DNA of 32,000 nucleotides from Neisseria perflava (GTDB lineage Bacteria; Pseudomonadota; Gammaproteobacteria; Burkholderiales; Neisseriaceae): NCBI RefSeq assembly GCF_019334725.1, contig NZ_CP079818.1, positions 2,074,637 to 2,106,636 of the forward strand, read 5' to 3'. Shown piece by piece: positions 23,600 to 32,000 of this stretch (position 1 is its first letter; each line of letters starts with the position of its first letter). The notes under the pieces were generated by a model. It saw only the letters and a program-made list of their open reading frames with translations, ran no database searches and was not told where the DNA came from. The position numbers and the translations under genes were made by a program.

Positions 23600-24607
23600 A
23601 TGCAAAAAATTCCAGAATTGGTCTGCCCCGCCGGCAACCTGCCTGCACTGAAAACCGCTGTGGACAACGGTGCGGACACGGTTTACATGGGTTTGAAAGA
23701 TGCGACCAATGCACGAAACTTTCCGGGACTGAATTTCGATATGAAATCGGCACGGGAAGGCGTAGCTTACGCCCATGCGCGCGGACGCAATGTACTGATG
23801 GCCATCAATACATTCGCACAAGCCGGCCAAGTGGAGCGTTGGCACGCTGCTGTGGATACGGCGGCGGATTTGGGGGCCGATGCGATTATTGTTGCCGACC
23901 CCGCCATCATGGCGTATGCGGCAGACAAACATCCGAATTTACGCCTGCATATGTCGGTACAAGGTTCGGCCACCAATTACGAAGCCATCAATATGATGAA
24001 AGAGCTGTTCGGCATCCGTCGTGCCGTTTTGCCGCGCGTGCTGACCATCGATCAGGTCAAACATGTGATTGACAATACTGATGTGGAAATTGAAGTCTTT
24101 GGTTTCGGCAGTTTGTGTGTGATGGTGGAAGGCCGTTGCATCTTGTCGAGCTATGCAACAGGCGAATCGCCCAATATGCAAGGTGTCTGCTCTCCGGCAA
24201 AATCCGTCCGCTGGGAACAACTGCCCGACCGCATGAACGTACGTTTAAACCAGGTATTGATAGACCAATACAAACCCAATGAACCGGCAGGTTATCCAAC
24301 CTTGTGCAAAGGCCGCTTTGAAGTCAATGATGAGACCTACTATGCTTTGGAAGAACCGACCAGCCTAAATGTTTTGGAAATGTTGCCCGAACTCATCAAA
24401 ATCGGTGTATCCGCCATCAAAATCGAGGGACGCCAACGCAGTCCGATGTATACGGCGCAAGTAACCAAATCCCTGCGCCAAGCACTGGATGCAGCCGCAG
24501 CCGACCCGTCTCATTTCAAAGTCAATCCGTCCTGGAACAATGCCTTGAGCAAAGTTTCAGAAGGTCATCAGACAACTTTGGGCGCATACAACCGCCCATG
24601 GAAATAA
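23600..24607 (+). CDS. ubiU: U32-family protein UbiU (O2-independent ubiquinone hydroxylation)
   Basis: The sequence is collinear with E. coli YhbU/UbiU from memory. Shared stretches are [64 protein letters not shown] and TTLGAY. GAGGA lies upstream of the ATG. Confidence 0.9.
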   Translation: MQKIPELVCPAGNLPALKTAVDNGADTVYMGLKDATNARNFPGLNFDMKSAREGVAYAHARGRNVLMAINTFAQAGQVERWHAAVDTAADLGADAIIVADPAIMAYAADKHPNLRLHMSVQGSATNYEAINMMKELFGIRRAVLPRVLTIDQVKHVIDNTDVEIEVFGFGSLCVMVEGRCILSSYATGESPNMQGVCSPAKSVRWEQLPDRMNVRLNQVLIDQYKPNEPAGYPTLCKGRFEVNDETYYALEEPTSLNVLEMLPELIKIGVSAIKIEGRQRSPMYTAQVTKSLRQALDAAAADPSHFKVNPSWNNALSKVSEGHQTTLGAYNRPWK

Positions 24608-24617
24608 GGGGAAAAAA

Positions 24618-25535
24618 ATGAATTCATTGAAATTGTCGCTGGGCCCTATTTTATTTTTCTGGCAAAAAGAAGCACTACTGGAATTTTACGTTTCCATGCT
24701 GGATACGCCGTTGGACACTGTTTATTTGGGCGAGGTAGTCTGCTCACGCCGTCAGAAAATGCGCTTTGCTGACTGGTTCGGACTGGCTGAAGACCTGGCA
24801 GAAAGCGGTAAGGAGATTATTCTTTCCTCACAAGTCCTGCTCGAAAGTGAATCTGATCTGAAACGCCTACGCAAAATTACGGAGCAGGGAAAGTTTAAAG
24901 TTGAAGCCAACGACATGGGTGCGGTCAAATTGGCACGCGAACATGGCATCCCATTTGTTGCCGGTGCAAGCCTGAATATCTACAACGAAACTACTTTGGA
25001 CGTATTCCGAAAATTAGGGGCATTCCGCTGGATTGCACCGTCCGAGCTGAGCCGCGATAAGGTTGCCGAAATCATCAAGGCTTCAGACGGCATTGAAACC
25101 GAACTCTTCGCTTGGGGTAAAATGCCGCTCGCCTATTCATCACGTTGCTTTACCGCCCGCCATTACAATTTGAATAAAGACAGTTGCGAGTTCCGCTGCC
25201 TCGACCACGAGCACGGTATGGCCATGAATACGCGCGAAGGCCAGCCGTTTCTCACCATCAACGGCATCCAAACCATGTCTTACGGCTGCCAAAACCTACT
25301 GCCCCACCATGAAGACTTAAATAAAATCGGCGTGAATATGCTCAGACTGTCGCCACAAATGCACGGCATGGCTGAAATTATCCAAATTCACCGCAATGTA
25401 TTGGACGGAAAAGCCACATGGGAAGATGTCCGCCCCGAGTTGGAACGACTGACTACCGGAACACTGGTTGACGGCTATTGGCGCGGTCAGCCCGGTATTG
25501 AAACCGTGAAGGAGGCATATTATGGCGCTGCCTGA
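24618..25535 (+). CDS. ubiV: U32-family protein UbiV
   Basis: The sequence is collinear with E. coli YhbV/UbiV. Shared stretches are [41 protein letters not shown] and GYWRG. Confidence 0.9.
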   Translation: MNSLKLSLGPILFFWQKEALLEFYVSMLDTPLDTVYLGEVVCSRRQKMRFADWFGLAEDLAESGKEIILSSQVLLESESDLKRLRKITEQGKFKVEANDMGAVKLAREHGIPFVAGASLNIYNETTLDVFRKLGAFRWIAPSELSRDKVAEIIKASDGIETELFAWGKMPLAYSSRCFTARHYNLNKDSCEFRCLDHEHGMAMNTREGQPFLTINGIQTMSYGCQNLLPHHEDLNKIGVNMLRLSPQMHGMAEIIQIHRNVLDGKATWEDVRPELERLTTGTLVDGYWRGQPGIETVKEAYYGAA

Positions 25536-25968
25536 AATCATATTACCCAAATGGATGGCGAAAATCGGTACCAAACTTCCCGGCAAACCTCCGCGCTTTG
25601 TTTTAGTCTCCGTATTGAATACCATGCTGAAAAAAGGTTTACTGCCTGCCGATATGGAACTTTTTGCCGGAAGAAAATTCGAAATCGAAGTTTTGGATGC
25701 CGGCATTAAAGTGCGGTTTAGTGCCAATACGGAAAAATTCCTGGATGACAACTTCAGCGGTACCCCCGATCTGAGGCTGGCCGCCAACGGTATAGACTTC
25801 ATGCGCATGATGATGCGCGAGGAAGATCCCGATACCTTATTTTTCAACCGTAAATTGCAAATTGAAGGCGATACGGAATTGGGATTAATTACCAAAAACT
25901 TACTCGACAGTGTCGAGTGGCCTTTCAGCGAATGGTTCCTGAAACGCAGTACATCCACTTTGGATTGA
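25522..25968 (+). CDS. ubiT: SCP2-domain lipid-binding protein UbiT
   Basis: 148 aa. The SCP2 pattern is [14 protein letters not shown]......[16 protein letters not shown]. It overlaps the ubiV end by 14 nt. Confidence 0.8.
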   Translation: MALPEIILPKWMAKIGTKLPGKPPRFVLVSVLNTMLKKGLLPADMELFAGRKFEIEVLDAGIKVRFSANTEKFLDDNFSGTPDLRLAANGIDFMRMMMREEDPDTLFFNRKLQIEGDTELGLITKNLLDSVEWPFSEWFLKRSTSTLD

Positions 25969-25993
25969 TTAATTTTGGTTGAAACAAGAACAA

Positions 25994-26020
25994 AGGCCGT
26001 CTGAATGTTTCAGACGGCCT
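25994..26020 (+). terminator. Inverted DUS pair terminator after ubiT
   Basis: AGGCCGTCTGAA (25994..26005) and TTCAGACGGCCT (26009..26020) with a 3-nt loop. Confidence 0.7.
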
Positions 26021-26071
26021 TATATATTTAGTCTCTTTAATATGTCTTTTCTTATCGGCTTTATCAAATAT

Positions 26072-26104
26072 AAAAAAGCGTACCTTTCTAGGTACGCTTT
26101 TTTT
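26072..26104 (-). terminator. Rho-independent terminator of the ccoNOQP operon
   Basis: A perfect 9-bp stem AGCGTACCT-TTCT-AGGTACGCT (26077..26098) is flanked by A6 and T7 runs. It lies 16 nt past the ccoP stop on the minus strand. Confidence 0.8.
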
Positions 26105-26119
26105 CAATCTGACTCAAAA

Positions 26120-27466
26120 TTAGAATTTCGCGCCAGACTCGTTTGCCATAAAGTCTACAGCTGCTTTAACTTCATCATCGCTCAGGCTGCCATTACCGCC
26201 TTTAGCCGGCATAGAATTAAAGCCTTCGATAGCATGTTTGTGCAGAGTGTCTTTACCTTGTTTGATGCGAGGAGCCCAGTCTTCTTTTTTACCTACGACA
26301 GGAGCACCTGGAATCATACCGCCATGACATGTTTTACAGTTGGCTTCAAAAACAGCTTTGCCATCTACCTTAACCGGAGCCGCTTCTGCTTTTTCAGCAG
26401 GTTTGGCTTCAGCAGCCGGAGCAGCTTTAGCATCTGAAGCAGCTTTATCGGCAGCAGGAGCTGAAGCAGCCGCCGGAGCAGAAGCATCGGCAGGTTGAGC
26501 TGCAGGAGCAGGCTCGGCTTTTTTAGCAGGAGCTTTTTTACCGTCTTTGTTGGATAAACCCCAAACATAGGCGGTCATGATGTGCAGCTTGTCTTTGTCG
26601 AGGAAGTGACCCCAAGCAGGCATTTGGCTGCTGCGGCCGTTGGTAATGGTTTCGGTAATCGCTTTTTGAGTACCGCCCCACAACCATACATCGTCGGTCA
26701 GATTCGGGCCGAGGCCTTGGATACCTTGACCTTTGTCGCCGTGACAAGTGAAACAGTTGGCAGGTGGGCCGCTAAACAGGGCTTTACCGCGTTCTGCACG
26801 TTCTTCGTCGTATTGACCTTTAGGTTTAGAAAGAGACATAACATACTGTGTTACGTTTTTCACACCTTCTTCACCCAAAGCAGGACCCCATGCAGGCATG
26901 GCGGCAGTACGGCCTTTTTCAATGGTTTCCTGAATTTTCTCAGGATCACCACCCCACAACCAGTCGTCGTCAGTCAGATTTGGGAAGCCTTTAGAGCCTT
27001 TGGCATCTGAACCGTGACATTGGATACAGTAGGTATTGAAAAGGTTTTGTGCAATAGCACGGGCTTCAGGATCTTTAGCCACTTTTTCAATCGGCATATT
27101 GGAAAATTTAGCATACACTTTACCGTATTGCTGATTGGCTTTGGCAACTTCTTCTTCATATTGACCATGGCTACTCCAGCCCCACAGGCCTTTGTAATCG
27201 CCGATACCGGGATACATAATCAGGTAGCCGACGCCAAACAGCCATGTGCAGACATAAAGCCAAAACCACCAACGTGGCAGAGGGTTGTTGTACTCCGAAA
27301 TACCGTCCCACTCATGACCCGTGGTTTTTACTTCTTCGCCTTTTTTAGGGCGTTTCACAACATTTTGCGAAAGCAGAAGCCAAGCCAGGCCGATGAAGCT
27401 GAGCACGACGATAACGGCAATATATATACTCCAGAAACTACTGGTAAATTGGGATGTTGTGTTCAT
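26120..27466 (-). CDS. ccoP: cbb3-type cytochrome c oxidase subunit CcoP, tri-haem form
   Basis: It has an N-terminal TM helix and three CxxCH motifs (CIQCH, CFTCH, CKTCH). An Ala/Pro-rich linker (KKAEPAPAAQPADASAPAAASAPAADKAASDAKAAPAAEAKPAEKAEAAP) precedes the third haem domain. Confidence 0.9.
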   Translation of the reverse strand: MNTTSQFTSSFWSIYIAVIVVLSFIGLAWLLLSQNVVKRPKKGEEVKTTGHEWDGISEYNNPLPRWWFWLYVCTWLFGVGYLIMYPGIGDYKGLWGWSSHGQYEEEVAKANQQYGKVYAKFSNMPIEKVAKDPEARAIAQNLFNTYCIQCHGSDAKGSKGFPNLTDDDWLWGGDPEKIQETIEKGRTAAMPAWGPALGEEGVKNVTQYVMSLSKPKGQYDEERAERGKALFSGPPANCFTCHGDKGQGIQGLGPNLTDDVWLWGGTQKAITETITNGRSSQMPAWGHFLDKDKLHIMTAYVWGLSNKDGKKAPAKKAEPAPAAQPADASAPAAASAPAADKAASDAKAAPAAEAKPAEKAEAAPVKVDGKAVFEANCKTCHGGMIPGAPVVGKKEDWAPRIKQGKDTLHKHAIEGFNSMPAKGGNGSLSDDEVKAAVDFMANESGAKF

Positions 27467-27663
27467 TATTTTGCTCCGTGATCACGGACTGACTGAGCTT
27501 GATCGTCCTTTTCAGACGGCCTTTGTTCGTCATTATCGAAAATACTGCTGGCTGCATCATCATAGTTTTTCTTATTGCGTCTATTGAACACAATATAGAG
27601 GACTAAAATAAAGCTGATGAATACCCAAACAGTAAAGAGCGAGCGAGCCCAGTTAGCGTCCAT
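27466..27663 (-). CDS. ccoQ: cbb3-type cytochrome c oxidase subunit CcoQ
   Basis: 65 aa with a single TM helix (LFTVWVFISFILVLYIVF). It sits between ccoO and ccoP, and its stop overlaps the ccoP start (TAATG). Confidence 0.7.
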   Translation of the reverse strand: MDANWARSLFTVWVFISFILVLYIVFNRRNKKNYDDAASSIFDNDEQRPSEKDDQAQSVRDHGAK

Positions 27664-27667
27664 GATG

Positions 27668-28279
27668 TTACCTTACGTTTTTCAATGCCAAGCCCAAGCC
27701 TTGCAGGTAGGCGATAACAGCGTCCAGCTCTGATTTATTGGCCAGCATTTCAGGTGCTTTGGCAATTTCTTCATCGCTGTAAGGTGTACCCACTTTACGC
27801 AGGGCTTTCATATGCGCCACAGTTGCCTCGGCATCGACTTTATTGCGTGCGAGCCATGGGAATGCAGGCATATTGGACTCCGGCACAACGTCGCGCGGGT
27901 TCAGCAGGTGGATGCGGTGCCATTCATCGGAATAACGGCCGCCGACACGAGCCAAATCCGGACCGGTACGTTTAGAACCCCATTGGAACGGATGGTCATA
28001 AACAGACTCACCGGCAACGGAGTAGTGGCCGTAACGTTCAGTTTCTGCACGGAATGGACGAATCATTTGAGAGTGGCAGTTGTAGCAGCCTTCGCGTACG
28101 TAAATATCACGACCGGCCACTTGCAAGGCGTTGTATGGTTTCACGCCTGGCGCAGGTTCAGTAACTGCCTTGGAGAAGAACAGCGGGACGGCCTCGATCA
28201 GAAGGCCGACGCTGACTACAAGCAGGGTGAATACAATCAGTACACCGACTTTTTCTTCAGCTAATTGTTGTAATTTCAT
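27668..28279 (-). CDS. ccoO: cbb3-type cytochrome c oxidase subunit CcoO (monohaem)
   Basis: It has an N-terminal TM helix, one haem motif (CYNCH) and conserved stretches [14 protein letters not shown] and [16 protein letters not shown]. Confidence 0.92.
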   Translation of the reverse strand: MKLQQLAEEKVGVLIVFTLLVVSVGLLIEAVPLFFSKAVTEPAPGVKPYNALQVAGRDIYVREGCYNCHSQMIRPFRAETERYGHYSVAGESVYDHPFQWGSKRTGPDLARVGGRYSDEWHRIHLLNPRDVVPESNMPAFPWLARNKVDAEATVAHMKALRKVGTPYSDEEIAKAPEMLANKSELDAVIAYLQGLGLALKNVR

Positions 28280-28303
28280 TTTGGTAGCCTATCTTTCTTA
28301 TCA

Positions 28304-29737
28304 TTAGTGGTGCTGAGTTTGAGAAACCGCAGGAATCTCAGCATCAACTGCTTTACCACTGATAGCAGTACGGTAAACGTTATATGCCATGATGCACATA
28401 CCGCTCAGGTACAGAAGACCGCCGGTGAAACGAATCATGTAGTAAGGCATGGTACGTTTTACAGATTCGACAAAGGAATAAGTCAGTGTGCCGTCTTCGT
28501 TCAAAGAACCCCACATCAGGCCTTGCATCACACCGGCAATCCACATCGCGGCGATATACAGAACCACACCGATGGTTGCAATCCAGAAATGCGCTTCAAC
28601 CAATTTGGTGCTGTACATTTCGTTTTTACCGAAGAGGCGTGGGATCATGTAGTAAACGGAACCGATGGTTACGAAGCCTACCCAACCCAATGCACCGGCA
28701 TGAACGTGCGCAACAGTCCAGTCAGTATAGTGGCTCAGAGCGTTAACTGTTTTGATAGACATCATCGGGCCTTCGAAGGTAGACATACCGTAGAAGGACA
28801 GAGATACGATCAAGAATTTCAAAATCGGGTCGGTACGCAGTTTGTCCCATGCACCAGACAGAGTCATGATACCGTTGATCATACCGCCCCAAGAAGGTGC
28901 GAACAGGATCAAAGACAATACCATACCCAAAGATTGAGTCCAGTCAGGCAATGCGGTGTAGTGCAAGTGGTGTGAACCAGCCCACATATAAGTGAAAATC
29001 AAAGCCCAGAAGTGAACAACGGACAAGCGGTAAGAGTAAATAGGACGGCCTGCTTGTTTTGGTACGAAATAGTACATCATACCCAAGAAGCCGGCTGTCA
29101 GGAAAAAGCCCACCGCATTGTGGCCGTACCACCATTGAACCATCGCATCAATCGCACCTGCGTAAACCGGGTAAGATTTCATCAAACCGGCAGGGATGCT
29201 GATATTATTGACGATGTGCAACAGCGCAACGGCCAAGATAAAGCCGCCGTAGAACCAGTTGGCAACGTAAATATGTTTGATTTTACGTTTGGCAATCGTA
29301 CCGAAGAATACGATGGCGTAGGCAACCCACACCAGCGTAATCAAAATGTCGATAGGCCATTCCAACTCGGCGTATTCTTTACCTTGGGTGTAACCCATAG
29401 GCAAGCTGATGGCCGCAGCCACGATAACAGCCTGCCAACCCCAGAAGGTAAATGCAGGCAGCCAACCGCCAAACAGACGGGTATTACATGTACGTTGAAC
29501 AACGTAGTATGATGTACCGATCAAACCGCAACCGCCGAATGCAAAAATAACCGCATTGGTGTGCAGAGGACGCAGGCGACCGAAGTGGAACCAAGGTCCG
29601 ATATTGGATAAATCGAGGGCCGGAGCAAAAAGCTGGGCAGCGACGATAACGCCGACCAACATGCCCACAATACCCCAAACTACAGTCATGATGGCGAACT
29701 GGCGCACCACTTTGTAGTTATAAGTTTGTGTGTCCAT
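28304..29737 (-). CDS. ccoN: cbb3-type cytochrome c oxidase catalytic subunit CcoN
   Basis: It is a 12-TM haem-copper oxidase with [20 protein letters not shown] and HHLHYT histidine motifs. I prefer the ATG at 29737 (MDTQTYNYK), which has GGAG 6 nt upstream. The track start at 29749 is an alternative. Confidence 0.92.
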   Translation of the reverse strand: MDTQTYNYKVVRQFAIMTVVWGIVGMLVGVIVAAQLFAPALDLSNIGPWFHFGRLRPLHTNAVIFAFGGCGLIGTSYYVVQRTCNTRLFGGWLPAFTFWGWQAVIVAAAISLPMGYTQGKEYAELEWPIDILITLVWVAYAIVFFGTIAKRKIKHIYVANWFYGGFILAVALLHIVNNISIPAGLMKSYPVYAGAIDAMVQWWYGHNAVGFFLTAGFLGMMYYFVPKQAGRPIYSYRLSVVHFWALIFTYMWAGSHHLHYTALPDWTQSLGMVLSLILFAPSWGGMINGIMTLSGAWDKLRTDPILKFLIVSLSFYGMSTFEGPMMSIKTVNALSHYTDWTVAHVHAGALGWVGFVTIGSVYYMIPRLFGKNEMYSTKLVEAHFWIATIGVVLYIAAMWIAGVMQGLMWGSLNEDGTLTYSFVESVKRTMPYYMIRFTGGLLYLSGMCIMAYNVYRTAISGKAVDAEIPAVSQTQHH

Positions 29738-29999
29738 GGAAGTCTCCATAAATTATGGGTATAAAAAATTTTTATCTCACCCCAACCCCTGCATTTACGA
29801 AAAGCGCAATACGGCCAAGGCTCAAATTTTTCTAAATTTAACATAGACACCACAACATGCCAAGCAAAATTACATTCCACATTGCATAAAATATTTAGTA
29901 AGACATAAATTCATTTCTTTTATAATCAATAAATTATTAAAACATACGCATTAAATCAGACGTGGTATTTTTTCAAGCCCCCTTTTTCATACAGTTTTA

Positions 30000-30013
30000 T
30001 TGATATAGATTAA
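30000..30013. promoter_or_regulatory. FNR/CRP-type palindrome in the ccoN / M61-peptidase divergent region
   Basis: TTGAT-ATAG-ATTAA matches TTGAT-N4-ATCAA at 9 of 10 positions. Its spacing fits a plus-strand -10 (TATTCT, 30034..30039) better than any minus-strand -10 for ccoN. Confidence 0.25.
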
Positions 30014-30069
30014 GCCCACCCCTTAAACCCCCTTATTCTTAATAAACTTTAGCAAATTAACCAATAGTT

Positions 30070-31821
30070 ATGATTAATTACAAAATTACTCCCAACTTTC
30101 TGTCTCATGAATGGCACATCACCTTATCATTCACTCAAACTGATGATTCAGAAACAGAAATCAGCTTACCCAACTGGGTTCCCGGCAGCTACCTCATCCG
30201 TGACTTTGCCCGCCATATCACGCACATCAGCGCGCGCTGCAACGGCAAAGCCCAGCTGCTGACACAAACCAGCAAAAACCATTGGCAAACCCCTGCTCTC
30301 AGTGGAGAGTGGGAAATTTACTACACTGTTTACGCATTCGACTTATCAGTTCGCGGCTCGTTCCTCAGCACCGAGCGTGGCTTTTTCGACGGCGCATGCC
30401 TATTCTTAAAAGTACACGGACAAGAGGAACAACCGCACCAAGTCGAATTTCCTACCCTGCCACACACATGGCAGATAGCCACAACCCTGCCACAAATTTC
30501 GGCGACCACTTTTCAGACGGCCTCATATGCCGAGCTTATTGATCACCCTGTTGAAACAGGCATCATCGAATTCCTCGACTTTGAAGCACAAGGTATTCCC
30601 CACCGTATTGCATTAAGCGGTATCTACCCCGATTTCGACCTCACCCGCTTCCTCGCCGATATTCAAAAAATCTGCGAAACCGAGTTGGCGATGTTCCCTT
30701 CCCCTGCCCCGTTTACCGAATACCTTTTCCTACTACATCTGGGAGACAACCTCTACGGCGGACTGGAACACATCAGCAGCACCGCCCTACTCGCCGACCG
30801 CCACAGTCTGCCATCTTACGATATGGGCGAAGCCGACAAAGCCTATACCGAATTACTCGGTCTATTCTCCCATGAATACTTCCACGCATGGAACGTCAAA
30901 TCCATCAAACCGGCCGTCTTCGCACCTTACAATCTCGACCAAGAAAACTATACCGAGCAACTTTGGGCATTTGAAGGCATTACCTCCTACTACGACGACC
31001 TCTTTCTTGCTAGAAGCAAAACCATCAGCCCCGAAGCCTACCTTACCCTGCTTGCACAAGGCATCACACGCGTACAGCAAACACATGGCCGTCTGAAACA
31101 AACACTTGCCCAATCCAGTTTCAGCGCATGGGACAAGTTCTACAAACAAGACGAAAACAGCCCCAACGCCATCGTCAGCTACTATCAAAAAGGCGCACTG
31201 GCCGCACTTTGCCTCGACCTCATCATCCGTGAGAAAAGCCAAGGCAAATACACCCTCGACAGCGTGATGCAGCAACACTATCTCGATTGGTGCAACACCC
31301 ATCAAGGCATACCCGAAAAACACTGGCAATCCCGTTGCCAAGAAATGACCGGTTTAGATTTAGAAACCTTCTTTCAGACGGCCTTATACAGTACCGATGA
31401 TCTTCCGCTCGCAGAATGCCTGCAAAGCGTAGGTGTCAAACTCGACTTTATTCCCCTACCACGCCAGCACGGCGGAGCATTTGCCACCGAACCCCAATCG
31501 GTTGCCCCCGCCAACGATTTGGGCGCACGTTTCAAACAAAACAGCGATCATGCCGTCCTGACTCATGTATTTAATGGCGGTAGCGCAGAAAATGCCGGAC
31601 TCTGCCCGCAAGATAAAATCATCGCCTTAGGCGGCTATGCCTGCAACGACCTTGCAGCGCAGTGGGGCAAACTGCCTATCGGCACGCGCACCACCATCCA
31701 TTTCTTCCGCCAAGGCCTATTGCGTGAAACCAGCATCACAGTTCAAGCAGCAGAAGCCAATACTGCCCTGCTGCACATTACCGATCGCCAAAAACTCGAA
31801 AACTGGTTGTACAATCATTAA
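30070..31821 (+). CDS. M61 family (glycyl aminopeptidase-like) metallopeptidase with C-terminal PDZ domain
   Basis: 583 aa. The zinc motif is HEYFHAWN with a downstream EGITSY. The C-terminal PDZ-like segment is GSAENAGLCPQDKIIALGG. Confidence 0.85.
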   Translation: MINYKITPNFLSHEWHITLSFTQTDDSETEISLPNWVPGSYLIRDFARHITHISARCNGKAQLLTQTSKNHWQTPALSGEWEIYYTVYAFDLSVRGSFLSTERGFFDGACLFLKVHGQEEQPHQVEFPTLPHTWQIATTLPQISATTFQTASYAELIDHPVETGIIEFLDFEAQGIPHRIALSGIYPDFDLTRFLADIQKICETELAMFPSPAPFTEYLFLLHLGDNLYGGLEHISSTALLADRHSLPSYDMGEADKAYTELLGLFSHEYFHAWNVKSIKPAVFAPYNLDQENYTEQLWAFEGITSYYDDLFLARSKTISPEAYLTLLAQGITRVQQTHGRLKQTLAQSSFSAWDKFYKQDENSPNAIVSYYQKGALAALCLDLIIREKSQGKYTLDSVMQQHYLDWCNTHQGIPEKHWQSRCQEMTGLDLETFFQTALYSTDDLPLAECLQSVGVKLDFIPLPRQHGGAFATEPQSVAPANDLGARFKQNSDHAVLTHVFNGGSAENAGLCPQDKIIALGGYACNDLAAQWGKLPIGTRTTIHFFRQGLLRETSITVQAAEANTALLHITDRQKLENWLYNH

Positions 31822-31828
31822 ATAAAAC

Positions 31829-31862
31829 TTCAAACGGCCTGCCACTTCCTAGGCCGTCTGAA
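31829..31862 (+). terminator. Imperfect inverted DUS pair after the M61 peptidase gene
   Basis: TTCAAACGGCCT (31829..31840, one mismatch) and AGGCCGTCTGAA (31851..31862). Confidence 0.5.
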
Positions 31863-31899
31863 ATCAACATATCCATTTAATATAAAGAAAGGAAAAACT

Positions 31900-32000
31900 A
31901 TGCCTATCCGTAAACTGACCGACACCCTCTATATCGCCCCTCAGCTGACCGAAGCCGACGTCCAAGAAGCCGTACGTCTCGACATCAAAACCATCATCTG
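31900..32000 (+). CDS. DUF442 / TIGR01244-type phosphatase-fold protein, N-terminal fragment (continues past the right edge)
   Basis: The ATG at 31900 has AAGAAAGGA upstream. Translation MPIRKLTDTLYIAPQLTEADVQEAVRLDIKTII fits the N-terminal pattern of this family (..L.....VAPQ....D...a...G.ktII). Confidence 0.55.
   Translation, partial: MPIRKLTDTLYIAPQLTEADVQEAVRLDIKTII

Noticed and set aside
25317-25958. 213-aa minus-strand ORF
   Set aside because: It is antisense to ubiV and ubiT, both of which align convincingly with their E. coli counterparts.
25979-26437. 152-aa plus-strand ORF
   Set aside because: It runs through two terminator hairpins and then antisense into ccoP. Its composition is Phe/Ser/Arg-rich.
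28307-29512. Two long plus-strand ORFs (222 aa and 166 aa)
   Set aside because: Both are antisense to ccoN, a highly conserved haem-copper oxidase subunit. They are typical shadow ORFs.
29750-29990. FNR box at canonical position for ccoN
   Set aside because: I scanned both strands for TTGAT-N4-ATCAA-like sites. Only the 30000..30013 site exceeds 7 of 10 matches, so nothing sits at a suitable distance from the ccoN start.

Overview
This is a chromosomal segment from a Neisseriaceae bacterium. By eye I count about 33 exact copies of the DNA uptake sequence core GCCGTCTGAA, mostly in the AG-DUS form AGGCCGTCTGAA. That is about one per kb, and many sit as inverted pairs that double as terminators. 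There is no rRNA, CRISPR array, transposase or integrase.

Left to right, the window holds:
- a TerC-family membrane protein gene, truncated at the left edge and missing from the ORF track, behind a terminator-containing leader
- an orphan type IV pilin accessory-like gene and tRNA-Asn
- a tight five-gene minus-strand operon: membrane/TPR protein, receiver-like protein, small Ras-like GTPase, unknown protein and Roadblock/LC7 protein
- rlmD, an L,D-transpeptidase, and queC preceded by a clear preQ1-I riboswitch
- a CDP-alcohol phosphatidyltransferase
- about 6.8 kb of accessory DNA: a large membrane protein with a DUF5706/PycTM-like module, a PepSY protein, a solo PP2C phosphatase, and a sharply low-GC, DUS-free islet with a DUF262 plus DUF262-DUF1524 (GmrSD-like) gene pair
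- a lipid-type cluster: alpha/beta hydrolase-methyltransferase fusion, PAP2-like/dual-specificity phosphatase fusion, small membrane protein, acyltransferase and a CdsA paralogue
- a DUF2238 protein, ubiU-ubiV-ubiT (O2-independent ubiquinone synthesis) with an FNR-type promoter, ccoNOQP with a tri-haem CcoP, an M61 peptidase and a partial DUF442-type gene

The best candidates for undescribed biology are the PP2C / DUF262 / DUF262-DUF1524 islet, the GTPase-Roadblock operon, the split lipid cluster and the orphan PycTM-like membrane protein. All functional calls come from motif recognition by eye. No database search was run.
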